DNA of 64,000 nucleotides, taken from positions 1,489 through 65,488 of the IMG/VR virus record IMGVR_UViG_2568526086_000002. One strand, given 5' to 3'. This DNA is from a virus (lineage: Duplodnaviria > Heunggongvirae > Uroviricota > Caudoviricetes). Every line of letters begins with the position of its first letter. Within the stretch, counting starts at the first letter, position 1. Shown here piece after piece: positions 10,770 through 19,106 of the stretch. The notes beneath the pieces are model-generated. The model was not told the origin of the DNA and did no database searches. It saw nothing but the letters and a program-made list of their open reading frames with translations. A program made the translations under genes and the position numbers.

Positions 10770-11079
10770 TAATTAATTCACCAAGACTATTTGGGTATGC
10801 TTTATAAATAACATACTCCGAAGAGCCATCTGAATATTGGTAAACCCCATAACAGACCAGTTTATTTATTCCTTTCTGAATAGTTTTTTGATTATAAGAA
10901 TCAACCACTGTTATTCCATATGACGATAATATTTCGTTATATTCTTCAATAAGAGCTTTTCTTGTTTCCACTGAATTACAATCTACCTTCGAAAAGTCAA
11001 CTTCATCAGCAAAAACATTAAATGTTAAAAAGGAAAGCACTAAAAACAAACGAATCAGCATAAATCCACTCCTACGCAT
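10744..11079 (-). CDS. Small secreted protein (111 aa, signal peptide), sim operon
   Basis: 'MLIRLFLVLSFLTFNVFA' is a cleavable signal peptide. The gene overlaps the downstream gene. Confidence 0.5.
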   Translation of the reverse strand: MRRSGFMLIRLFLVLSFLTFNVFADEVDFSKVDCNSVETRKALIEEYNEILSSYGITVVDSYNQKTIQKGINKLVCYGVYQYSDGSSEYVIYKAYPNSLGELISEFKPINE

Positions 11080-11082
11080 GGA

Positions 11083-11214
11083 TTAATAGTCATTGATCGC
11101 AAAGGCGTAAACTTGCCAAAGGTATTTCGTATAATCGGTACAAATCTCCTTTACGCTTGATGCTGCATTAACAGTCCCAGCCATAAATAATAACGGTAGT
11201 AATAGTTTTCTCAT
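11083..11214 (-). CDS. Small exported peptide (43 aa), first ORF of the sim operon
   Basis: ATG 11214..11212, signal-like N-terminus 'MRKLLLPLLFMAGTVNA'. It is below the 60-aa cut-off of the ORF track. Confidence 0.35.
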   Translation of the reverse strand: MRKLLLPLLFMAGTVNAASSVKEICTDYTKYLWQVYAFAINDY

Positions 11215-11310
11215 TATAACCTCACCTGCCTTATAACTCATTTAGGGTACATATTTTCGCCTTTAAAAAAAAGAGGTTATTAGATCCAATTGTGCATTTA
11301 TCAAACAAGC

Positions 11311-11327
11311 AATGCTCTAATAAATTT
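11311..11327. promoter_or_regulatory. C1 repressor operator (AATGCTCTAATAAATTT) upstream of c4-icd-ant
   Basis: 16/17 match to the P1 operator consensus ATTGCTCTAATAAATTT. It lies in the divergent promoter region between sim and immI. Confidence 0.8.
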
Positions 11328-11499
11328 GTATTTTTAAGTCGCGAATGCTATCTTTTCGCATCATATTGACCTTTTAATCGTTCAGGCTTATAGTTCCGCC
11401 GTCGTAGCAAATTCTGCGACCGGGTTTAGCAGCCTGAATACTTACGCGGACAACCGCAGATTTCCGATATTGCGGTATTTTTGTGTCCGTAAACCACGT

Positions 11500-11590
11500 T
11501 ACGCCCGAATTATGGTGGGGCGTGATGGGGAGGCTTCGGCCTGCTGGTTTCGTAAGTGCCAGTCTGCTAACCCCGTCACGTCCTGCCACC
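11500..11590 (+). ncRNA. c4: c4-type antisense RNA of the immI operon. Coordinates are approximate.
   Basis: A 260-bp non-coding leader precedes icd. It is strongly structured (GGGGCGTGATGGGGAGGCTTCGGCCTGCTGG...). Short motifs in it (GTTTAGCAGC) recur near the icd start, as expected for c4 antisense pairing with the ant leader. Confidence 0.35.
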
Positions 11591-11639
11591 TGTTTAGCAG
11601 CGGGTCGCAGGTTGTTTATCAACTTACGAGGCCGTAACT

Positions 11640-11861
11640 ATGGTTAATGCCAATCCTTGCGCACGCCAAGAATTCATCTGGCGTTTCTATTCCTGTAAAA
11701 AACACCACTATCACTTCGTTATCGCTGCAACAGAAGACGAAGCACGCTCTCAATTGCCTGATGGCCCCTGCATTTTTACTGCCCGTTTTTCAACTAACTC
11801 GCGCAATTCACTTAGTTACTGGAGCCTCCCCTTCTCTGCCGACGTTCAGGGGGGTTTATGA
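11640..11861 (+). CDS. icd: Icd-like cell-division inhibitor (73 aa) overlapping the ant start
   Basis: 73-aa ORF whose stop overlaps the ant ATG (ATGA). The size and position are exactly those of P1 icd. Confidence 0.75.
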   Translation: MVNANPCARQEFIWRFYSCKKHHYHFVIAATEDEARSQLPDGPCIFTARFSTNSRNSLSYWSLPFSADVQGGL

Positions 11862-12904
11862 AAAAACCTCTCGTCACCCGTAATGACATAGCCGAAGCGA
11901 TCGCCCTGCATACTGCCTGTATGCCGACACGGGAGATCCCCGGCGCAATTGCTAACTATTTCATGATAACCAGGCGTTTTTATACCCGAACAGATAAGGC
12001 TGTGATCAACAGGCTACTGATAGCCGAGATCAGGGATTATTTGATTGAACAAGGACGTCTACGTTACGCAACAGTGGCAGCAGAAATGAGAAAGGAGGCA
12101 CATAGAATGACCGGTAATAATTTGAATGTTGAAAAACCAGCACCTGTTACGTCAGCTACGCCAGCACCAGCCGTGAATATTATCCCCAACACCGGAGACA
12201 CAATCGACAGCCTGACACTGTTAAAGATGGTCAATGAGGCACGGAAATTATGTAGCGAAAAACCAGTTCGCAACAATGATTTCATTGCCAGAGTTAAGGA
12301 TGAGCTTGATGGGGAGGGTTACGAAATCTTCGTAACCCCTATGGATAAGAAAAAAGGTGGAGCGGATCAGGTAGTTATAGTAATGACATACAAACAAGCC
12401 CTGCGCGTTGCTGCTCGCGAATCGAAAGCGGTCCGCCGTTCGCTGATCGACAAACTGGAAGAATTGCAGCAGGCAAACTCCCCTACCCCATCGATCCCCC
12501 AAACATTACCAGAAGCTCTACGCCTGGCTGCCGAGTTGGCAGAACAGAAAATGCAGTTGGAACAACAGCTGGTGGCCGCAGCCCCTAAAGTCGATTTTGC
12601 CGACCGGGTATCAGCGGCTAATGGAATCCTGATCGGGAACTTTGCAAAGGTCGTTGGACTTAAGCAAAACGCCCTTTTCTCATGGTTGCGCCAGAACGAC
12701 ATTCTCATGGCTTTTGGTGCGCGCAAAAACGTACCGCGCCAGCAGTACATTAACGCCGGGTATTTCACGGTGAAAGAAGTGGTGCTGGATGATGAAAATG
12801 GCTACCAGATACGGCTGACGCCCCAATTAACGGGTAAAGGCCAGCAGTGGTTAACTCGCAAGCTACTTGATGCTGGTTTGTTAAAACCAGTAGCAATAGG
12901 TTAA
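11858..12904 (+). CDS. ant: Antirepressor Ant (348 aa)
   Basis: Position after c4/icd. The C-terminal roughly 140 aa are paralogous to the KilA C-terminus (PQ(T/S)LPEALRLAA(E/D)LAEQK ... TGKGQQWL..LLDAG). An internal in-frame Met could give the shorter Ant2. Confidence 0.85.
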   Translation: MKKPLVTRNDIAEAIALHTACMPTREIPGAIANYFMITRRFYTRTDKAVINRLLIAEIRDYLIEQGRLRYATVAAEMRKEAHRMTGNNLNVEKPAPVTSATPAPAVNIIPNTGDTIDSLTLLKMVNEARKLCSEKPVRNNDFIARVKDELDGEGYEIFVTPMDKKKGGADQVVIVMTYKQALRVAARESKAVRRSLIDKLEELQQANSPTPSIPQTLPEALRLAAELAEQKMQLEQQLVAAAPKVDFADRVSAANGILIGNFAKVVGLKQNALFSWLRQNDILMAFGARKNVPRQQYINAGYFTVKEVVLDDENGYQIRLTPQLTGKGQQWLTRKLLDAGLLKPVAIG

Positions 12905-12983
12905 CAAAAGAAAAAAACCTGCCAGCAAACTGGCAGGTTTCTGAGCAGATCGTCCAACCCGATCTGGATCGGGCCAGAAAAAT

Positions 12984-13000
12984 TTGCTCTAATAAATTTC
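12984..13000. promoter_or_regulatory. C1 operator (TTTGCTCTAATAAATTT) in front of kilA-repL
   Basis: 16/17 match to the operator consensus, 70 bp upstream of the kilA ATG. Confidence 0.8.
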
Positions 13001-13068
13001 GTTTTCTAAGTGCAAAGAATCACCATTTCGAGCTGGTGATTGAAGGTTGATGCAAATTTGGAGAAAAA

Positions 13069-13869
13069 ATGCAACAAACATTCAATGCGGATATGAATAT
13101 ATCAAACCTTCATCAAAATGTCGATCCTTCAACCACTCTGCCCGTTATTTGTGGTGTTGAAATTACGACCGACCGCGCTGGCCGTTACAACCTTAATGCT
13201 CTACACAGAGCGAGCGGACTCGGTGCCCATAAAGCGCCAGCTCAATGGCTAAGAACGCTGTCAGCTAAACAGCTCATCGAAGAGCTTGAAAAAGAAACTA
13301 TGCAGAATTGCATAGTTTCGTTCGAAGGCCGTGGCGGCGGCACTTTTGCCCATGAATTGCTCGCTGTGGAGTACGCAGGCTGGATTTCTCCCGCGTTTCG
13401 GCTGAAGGTAAACCAGACATTTATCGACTATCGAGCTGGAAGATTACAACCTGCTATTCCGCAGAGTCTCCCTGAAGCTCTCCGTTTGGCTGCCGACCTG
13501 GCAGAGCAAAAGCAACGGCTGGAGCAAAAAATGCTTATGGATGCACCTAAAGTCGAATTCGCCGAACGCGTTGCTACCGCCAGCGGGGTTCTAATCGGCA
13601 ACTATGCCAAAGTGCTCGGCCTGGGCCAAAACTATCTCTTCACTTGGTTGCGTGATAACGGAATTCTGATCGCAACCGGTGAACGCAGGAACGTCCCCAA
13701 ACAAGAATACATATCCCGTGGGTACTTCACCCTCAAAGAAACCGTGATCGATACAAGCAATGGAAGCAGGATTTCTTTCACGACTCGTATAACCGGTAAA
13801 GGTCAGCAGTGGCTTATGAAGCGATTGCTTGATGCTGGTGTGCTGGTACCTGTCGCGGCAACGCGCTAA
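13069..13869 (+). CDS. kilA: KilA (266 aa): KilA-N domain protein with an Ant-like C-terminal domain
   Basis: Size and position as P1 kilA. C-terminal paralogy to Ant. Confidence 0.85.
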   Translation: MQQTFNADMNISNLHQNVDPSTTLPVICGVEITTDRAGRYNLNALHRASGLGAHKAPAQWLRTLSAKQLIEELEKETMQNCIVSFEGRGGGTFAHELLAVEYAGWISPAFRLKVNQTFIDYRAGRLQPAIPQSLPEALRLAADLAEQKQRLEQKMLMDAPKVEFAERVATASGVLIGNYAKVLGLGQNYLFTWLRDNGILIATGERRNVPKQEYISRGYFTLKETVIDTSNGSRISFTTRITGKGQQWLMKRLLDAGVLVPVAATR

Positions 13870-13898
13870 CAAACGTAGTAAGAACCACCAGCATTGTA

Positions 13899-14744
13899 AT
13901 GCTGGCTAAAGTCACTTTCCTGAGCTGTATAACGATGAGCGATTTTACTTTTTCTGGCTATGAATTGGCCTGCTTTGTAACACACTCCGGTCTATCCCGT
14001 AGCGCCGGGCATATCCTGTCGCAATGTGCAAATCTCGCGGCAACAACCAGTGAATACTTCATTCACAAGCCTCACCGCCTGATCGCGGCAGAAACTGGTT
14101 ATAGCCAATCAACCGTCGTTCGTGCATTCCGTGAAGCTGTAAACAAAGGAATTCTGTCTGTAGAGATTGTTATCGGCGATCACCGTGAACGTCGCGCTAA
14201 CCTGTACCGGTTTACACCATCATTTTTGGCCTTCGCACAACAAGCCAAAAATGCGCTGATTGAAAGCAAATTAAAGATCTCTTCAGCGGCAACCAAGGTT
14301 AAAGCTGTTCTCGCTAAGACATTGGCTTTATTTAATTTTTTATCCACACCCCCATGTCAAAATGATACCCCCTCCCCCTGTCAGGATGACGTGGCAATAA
14401 AGAATAAGAAGTCACAAGTTAAAAAAACAGAAAGATCAGTTTCCGGCGGTGCCGGAACGACCAGACTCAAAAAATTGACTTCATGGATCGCTGAGGCAAA
14501 AGCAAAGGCTGACAATCTGCGGTTATCCAAAAAACGCGCTCAAAAACATGAGTTCAAGCAGAAAGTAGAGGCGACAGCGCGGAAATATGCTTACCTGAAG
14601 AACAAGCGTTCTCCTGATATTGGCGGGGTATCAAACTTCGATAATCTGCCGCATTGCATGACGGTAAACGAAGCTCTTAATGCGGTTTTAGCCAAAAATA
14701 AAGATAACGAACAATGGGGTATACCGGCAGGATTCAGAGGGTGA
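13899..14744 (+). CDS. repL: RepL lytic replication initiator (281 aa); the lytic origin is expected inside the gene
   Basis: 281 aa, directly after kilA, under the C1 operator. This is the P1 L-replicon layout. Confidence 0.8.
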   Translation: MLAKVTFLSCITMSDFTFSGYELACFVTHSGLSRSAGHILSQCANLAATTSEYFIHKPHRLIAAETGYSQSTVVRAFREAVNKGILSVEIVIGDHRERRANLYRFTPSFLAFAQQAKNALIESKLKISSAATKVKAVLAKTLALFNFLSTPPCQNDTPSPCQDDVAIKNKKSQVKKTERSVSGGAGTTRLKKLTSWIAEAKAKADNLRLSKKRAQKHEFKQKVEATARKYAYLKNKRSPDIGGVSNFDNLPHCMTVNEALNAVLAKNKDNEQWGIPAGFRG

Positions 14745-14794
14745 TAGATTGCTCTAATCTGGAGTCACCTGGCGTTTTCAGTTTGAGGTCGGAG

Positions 14795-15040
14795 ATGCAA
14801 TCTGATTTTTTACAGTTAGCGATCGCTTTTGCAGGATATGTTTGTATTGGCTTCTGTGTATACATGATCAGCCGAAAAATGCTTGTCGATATCGACCGCA
14901 AAGAACAAGCAGAGGAGATCTTAGTATGGATTTTCTTTGGCGCGGTCTGGCCATTAGGGATCATGTTTGCTGCAACATTTCTTCTGATGTGGATATTCAC
15001 CCTTCCAGGTGATTTCTATAGAAAAAAAGCCAGACATTGA
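14795..15040 (+). CDS. Small inner-membrane protein (81 aa; two transmembrane helices)
   Basis: Hydrophobic segments 'LAIAFAGYVCIGFCVYMI' and 'ILVWIFFGAVWPLGIMFAATFLLMWIF'. The track ORF 14714..15040 probably starts at this internal Met. Confidence 0.45.
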   Translation: MQSDFLQLAIAFAGYVCIGFCVYMISRKMLVDIDRKEQAEEILVWIFFGAVWPLGIMFAATFLLMWIFTLPGDFYRKKARH

Positions 15041-15163
15041 TACAATCGTTGCGGGTGCTTGAGGCTATCTGCTTCAGGCATTACCCGAAAAGCAGATAGA
15101 AGAAAGCCCCAGATAACATTACGCGTCCTGCAAGACGCTTAACATTAATCTGAGGCAATATCT

Positions 15164-15370
15164 ATGCTTAGCATACGTAGATTAGCCTCTTACCGACCAA
15201 AAGGTCAAGGAGAAGCAGGCTATGAAGCAGCAAAAAGCGATGTTAATCGCTCTGATCGTCATCTGTTTAACCGTCATTGTGACGGCACTGGTAACGAGGA
15301 AAGACCTCTGCGAGGTACGAATCCGAACCGGCCAGACGGAGGTCACTGTCTTCACAGCCTACGAATCTGA
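15164..15370 (+). CDS. mok-like overlapping reading frame of the hok locus
   Basis: 68-aa frame overlapping the hok ORF out of frame, as in hok/mok/sok loci. Confidence 0.45.
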   Translation: MLSIRRLASYRPKGQGEAGYEAAKSDVNRSDRHLFNRHCDGTGNEERPLRGTNPNRPDGGHCLHSLRI

Positions 15371-15377
15371 AAGGTAA
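15222..15377 (+). CDS. hok: Hok/Gef-family type I toxin (51 aa)
   Basis: The translation MKQQKAMLIALIVICLTVIVTALVTRKDLCEVRIRTGQTEVTVFTAYESER is a near-canonical Hok/Gef sequence (single TM helix plus the C/E-rich periplasmic tail). An AGGAGA SD precedes the ATG. Confidence 0.8.
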   Translation: MKQQKAMLIALIVICLTVIVTALVTRKDLCEVRIRTGQTEVTVFTAYESER

Positions 15378-15445
15378 GAGACCTGGCGGGGAGAGATCCT
15401 CGCCACTCTTCGTGTGTCAGGTATCCTCAATGCACCCTTTCCTCT

Positions 15446-15478
15446 CCAAATAAAAAAGCTCCCGAAGGAGCTTTAAAA
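15446..15478. terminator. Bidirectional rho-independent terminator (agctccc-gaa-gggagct flanked by A6/T6) ending hok mRNA and the convergent structural operon
   Basis: Hairpin 'aaaaaagctcccgaaggagcttt' lying between two convergent genes. Confidence 0.6.
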
Positions 15479-15493
15479 TACAAGGGATGACTC

Positions 15494-16003
15494 TTAATCC
15501 CACTCAATCCAGTTGTAGACGATACGAAGTGACGGGCGCACAGCGGCAGTCACATCTTCGGTACTAAAGTCGATTGCATCACTGTAGATTTTGCAGTCCA
15601 ACATTTCAATTGTTGTAGCAGCTTTTGTCACAGCGTTAACCCCGGAAGATTTGGATTCAGGGGTAGCAGCCATCGTGATATCAACATAGTCCTTCGCCGC
15701 AATGCGATCCTTGATGAACTGAAGAATATCGCCTTCGATAGTCTCCACGCACTGGACCTGGATTTCCCCAGAGTTTCGAATTGGTCCGTGCTGGTTGAAC
15801 TTCACACCATTCGGACCATAGTCCTCCACATCCTCGCGGGTCATTTCAGGAATTTGCGACGTGCGAACCAGTACGCTGATATCTTCATGGCCTGCAAAAG
15901 TGAGCTGGAATTCAGAAGATACCAGTCGTTCGCCTTTGGCCGCGTTGGCAGTATAGCGGCCCTTAATAAATTTACGGTTTCCCTTAGTGTTATTGTGCCC
16001 CAT
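15494..16003 (-). CDS. Tail tube-like structural protein (169 aa)
   Basis: Last gene of the minus-strand sheath/tube operon. The size and composition resemble myovirus tube proteins. Confidence 0.5.
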   Translation of the reverse strand: MGHNNTKGNRKFIKGRYTANAAKGERLVSSEFQLTFAGHEDISVLVRTSQIPEMTREDVEDYGPNGVKFNQHGPIRNSGEIQVQCVETIEGDILQFIKDRIAAKDYVDITMAATPESKSSGVNAVTKAATTIEMLDCKIYSDAIDFSTEDVTAAVRPSLRIVYNWIEWD

Positions 16004-16014
16004 ATAAAATCCTT

Positions 16015-16596
16015 TTACTGGAACGCCCGAACAATATCGGAGCTGTTATATATCGAAGAACCGGTCAACTGGAGGTTGACGGTGTTTTTCAGGAAATATC
16101 CATTACTGTCCCTTGGCGCATCGAGATCAAAACTTAAGTCCTGGATGGCGACATCGGTGATGTTGATCCGGCGACCAATGTTTAGCGTCACGCGCTCCGG
16201 GATTCGACCACCAACATTGGCCGCTTTTAGTTCCGGGCTAATCATGGCTGTCAACGCGGCGATAGCGCCTGAAACTTCAATGAATGGATTGTTCAAAGCA
16301 ATGAAAGTTACAGGCAGCGTGAACGTCGGCGGAGTCCCCCCTTCCCAAACCATTAAGCTATTCCAACGGGCAACCGACGTTGTTTCAGTACCTACTTGCA
16401 CAAAACCACCCAGAGCACCAGAAACAGATCCCATGGACATACCGGTAAACGGCGCTTCCCAATTCTGGGCCATGTTCATTGCCGCCCCCTGGCTGATATA
16501 TCCGGTAACCTGGTACTGAGAGTTCGTTAAAGTAACTTTCAGAAATGGCGATACACCGTCAGCCTGGCTGTAAACCCCATAAGGTATAGGTGCCAT
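16015..16596 (-). CDS. Structural/morphogenetic protein (193 aa)
   Basis: ORF in the structural operon downstream of the sheath gene. Confidence 0.5.
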   Translation of the reverse strand: MAPIPYGVYSQADGVSPFLKVTLTNSQYQVTGYISQGAAMNMAQNWEAPFTGMSMGSVSGALGGFVQVGTETTSVARWNSLMVWEGGTPPTFTLPVTFIALNNPFIEVSGAIAALTAMISPELKAANVGGRIPERVTLNIGRRINITDVAIQDLSFDLDAPRDSNGYFLKNTVNLQLTGSSIYNSSDIVRAFQ

Positions 16597-16631
16597 TCAA
16601 GTTAAAGGCCGGAGTTCTCCGGCCTCCTCCT

Positions 16632-17447
16632 TTAGCCAAGGCGCTTACGGCGCAGTTTCATTGACTTTTTGCGGGCAAGTTTTGCCGCGCCGGTCTGGGC
16701 TTTTCGACGCGCTTTTTTCAGCGCCGATTTTTGAGCCGCAGTCAGACGTTTTTTACGCAGGCGTTTACGGATGAGTTTGATCTCACCGTTACGAACAACC
16801 TTCTTAAATGCTTCAATCAGCATTTCATCAGAAGTGCCAGCAACAACAAACGCCGCTTCCAGTTCGTCGCGGTCGTCGCTATCTAAACCAGCGATAGAGG
16901 CACCAACATCAGCAGCTGCGTCGTCGTCTTCATCGTCAGCCAGTGCTTCGATCAGGTCATCATCTACACCGCATGCTGCGAGGAAGTCAGCAACATTTGC
17001 CCATGCTTCGTTATAGGCATCGTCCTGTTCTTCTGTAACTTCGGAGTCGTCGTCATCAGAGATACCAGCGATAGCCTGAACGAAACCATCAAGGGAGTCG
17101 AAAGTCAGATCACCGCTATCAGCCCAGGAGAAAACGGCGTCGGCCGCATCACTCAACGCATTCTGCATAGCACTTCGATTTGCAGCTTCCAGAATCATCT
17201 GGTGCGCCTGTTCGACGGTCCATTCTTTACCGTCTTTCCCTTCCAGGATTTGCTCTGGAGCCGGGGCAGATGGAACGTTATCGTTAGTCTGTGCCGCCGG
17301 TTCCGGATTATTATTAATAACCGGATCTGTTGGCGGTTCGGCGCTTGCTCGGGCAGACTCCATCAGCTGCACAGGATCAGAGTTCAAAGCGAAACGGGAC
17401 AGTCCATTCCCCAAAAATGCCCCGGATTGAAAAAAGTTTTTGCTCAT
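16632..17447 (-). CDS. Acidic structural protein with a basic C-terminal tail (271 aa)
   Basis: Asp/Glu-rich centre (DDDDSEVTEEQDD, DDEDDDAAAD) and a KKRLRKKRL-type C-terminus. It lies directly downstream of the sheath gene. Confidence 0.5.
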   Translation of the reverse strand: MSKNFFQSGAFLGNGLSRFALNSDPVQLMESARASAEPPTDPVINNNPEPAAQTNDNVPSAPAPEQILEGKDGKEWTVEQAHQMILEAANRSAMQNALSDAADAVFSWADSGDLTFDSLDGFVQAIAGISDDDDSEVTEEQDDAYNEAWANVADFLAACGVDDDLIEALADDEDDDAAADVGASIAGLDSDDRDELEAAFVVAGTSDEMLIEAFKKVVRNGEIKLIRKRLRKKRLTAAQKSALKKARRKAQTGAAKLARKKSMKLRRKRLG

Positions 17448-17456
17448 TGTATTCCC

Positions 17457-19046
17457 TTACTTAATAAGCAGCGGTACGCCCTGGATACGACGGGCTACGC
17501 CAGTCGGGCAGCAGGCCCAGACTACTTCCCATTTATCGAATTCCGCCTGCGTAACTTTCAGCACATACGGTTCTGTACCGTCAGCATCGGGATCACGAGG
17601 AGCCACCAGAGCGCCGGAGGCGACAAAGCGATCTAAAAGTTTGGTCATCCCTTTAGTCAGGCCAGCCGCAGTAATACCGTCCGGGCTATGCTTCATCTGT
17701 CGGGCTAACTGGACAAAGAAACGGCTGATTGCATTCATCAGGGATGGGACGTGCTGGAAGTGCAGATAGTTATCCTGCGTGCAGCAAGTTAAAGCATCGT
17801 CGATGATCATCTGGCCAGAGGTGCCAACAGATACTTTATTGAGACGGCCCTTGACCATTGCTTCTTCGTCCGGGGTATCTTCCGGATACAGCGGTTGAAT
17901 TGACGCACGAGCAATGACGGCACGTTCTTCACCAGCCGGTGAGTAATGCCAACCGCCGACATCAGAGTTTTTCTTGACGCCACGAGCTTTCGCCGCATAC
18001 GCCGCGCCAGACAGACCGAAGACCACACGGGATTGGGTCCATTTGTCTTTGCAGGAGAACGGGTAGTGATAGACAGAACAGCTTACATAATCGGTACCAA
18101 GTAAACCGGTACCCTCAACAGCTGTTAGTGCTTCTGCGTACCTTAATGTCGGTTTGACATCAAAGAAGCCATCAATCAGGCGATCTGCACAGATTTTACC
18201 TAATGCGGTGATAGCCGCATTGTCATAGCAGCCCAGGCCAAGAACAGCGGTGTACATGTACGGCGCATTGTTCAGCACTTTCACCGCACGCAGGTACGCA
18301 GCGGTTGAGATTTTCGACTGATCACCGTTGGTACCACCAGTGAACGCCAACGATTTTTTGTTTGTTACTTTCGCTGTAGAAATCAGATCTTCATTAACAA
18401 CCGCGCGCAGATATTTAGAACGAGCTTCCAGAGCCGTAGGCAGATAACACAAGCGGCCCATGTCATCTTTCGCTTCTTCCGCCAAAGACACAGTGTGTGT
18501 CTCCAGGGTCGTTACCACACCAAGCGAAGTCGTCTGGGTCAGTTTTAAGATGAAGCGTTCATTACTCGCGCTGTCCGCTGTTGCCGTTTCGATGGTTAAC
18601 TCACGGGTAGGTGAAATACACGGATCACCATCATCAACGTAGATAGCAAAGGCTTCGCCGCTATCAAGTTCAATTTCAGAACCGTATGGCAACGCACTGT
18701 AAGCCGGTTCGCCTGATTCATCGAACATAATAATCGGGAACTTCGCATCATCCGGAACAGCACGGACAACATAACCAGACGTTTGCTGAATAGCTTCGTA
18801 CACATGGCGAATTGGTTCGAACTGTGAGCCGGAAGACGGCTTCAGCGGTTCGCCGAGAACATCTTCGTAATTGGACTCAGTAACCGCAAGAACAGTAAAC
18901 GGCTTGCCACGCGCAAATACGCCAATACCAGCCCATAAGCTGCTATTTAATGCAACACCGGTAGATAACGTCGCATCGGCATTGATCGGGCTAACCGCGA
19001 CGCTGGATGCATTACCTAATGACTGTTGAATTGAATATTGAGACAT
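17457..19046 (-). CDS. Contractile tail sheath protein (529 aa; P1 gene 22 position)
   Basis: About 57 kDa protein between the major head gene and the tube-like genes. The order parS-parB-parA / 23 / 22 matches P1. Confidence 0.6.
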   Translation of the reverse strand: MSQYSIQQSLGNASSVAVSPINADATLSTGVALNSSLWAGIGVFARGKPFTVLAVTESNYEDVLGEPLKPSSGSQFEPIRHVYEAIQQTSGYVVRAVPDDAKFPIIMFDESGEPAYSALPYGSEIELDSGEAFAIYVDDGDPCISPTRELTIETATADSASNERFILKLTQTTSLGVVTTLETHTVSLAEEAKDDMGRLCYLPTALEARSKYLRAVVNEDLISTAKVTNKKSLAFTGGTNGDQSKISTAAYLRAVKVLNNAPYMYTAVLGLGCYDNAAITALGKICADRLIDGFFDVKPTLRYAEALTAVEGTGLLGTDYVSCSVYHYPFSCKDKWTQSRVVFGLSGAAYAAKARGVKKNSDVGGWHYSPAGEERAVIARASIQPLYPEDTPDEEAMVKGRLNKVSVGTSGQMIIDDALTCCTQDNYLHFQHVPSLMNAISRFFVQLARQMKHSPDGITAAGLTKGMTKLLDRFVASGALVAPRDPDADGTEPYVLKVTQAEFDKWEVVWACCPTGVARRIQGVPLLIK

Positions 19047-19106
19047 AACTTTCCCTGTTATGCGCCCCGCACGGGGGCGCTATGTTAAACGGAGAACTTC
19101 CCGTGA

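Noticed and set aside
12367-12768. 133-aa minus-strand ORF inside ant
   Set aside because: It is antisense within a well-supported gene. The translation is Ala/Ser/Arg-rich low complexity.
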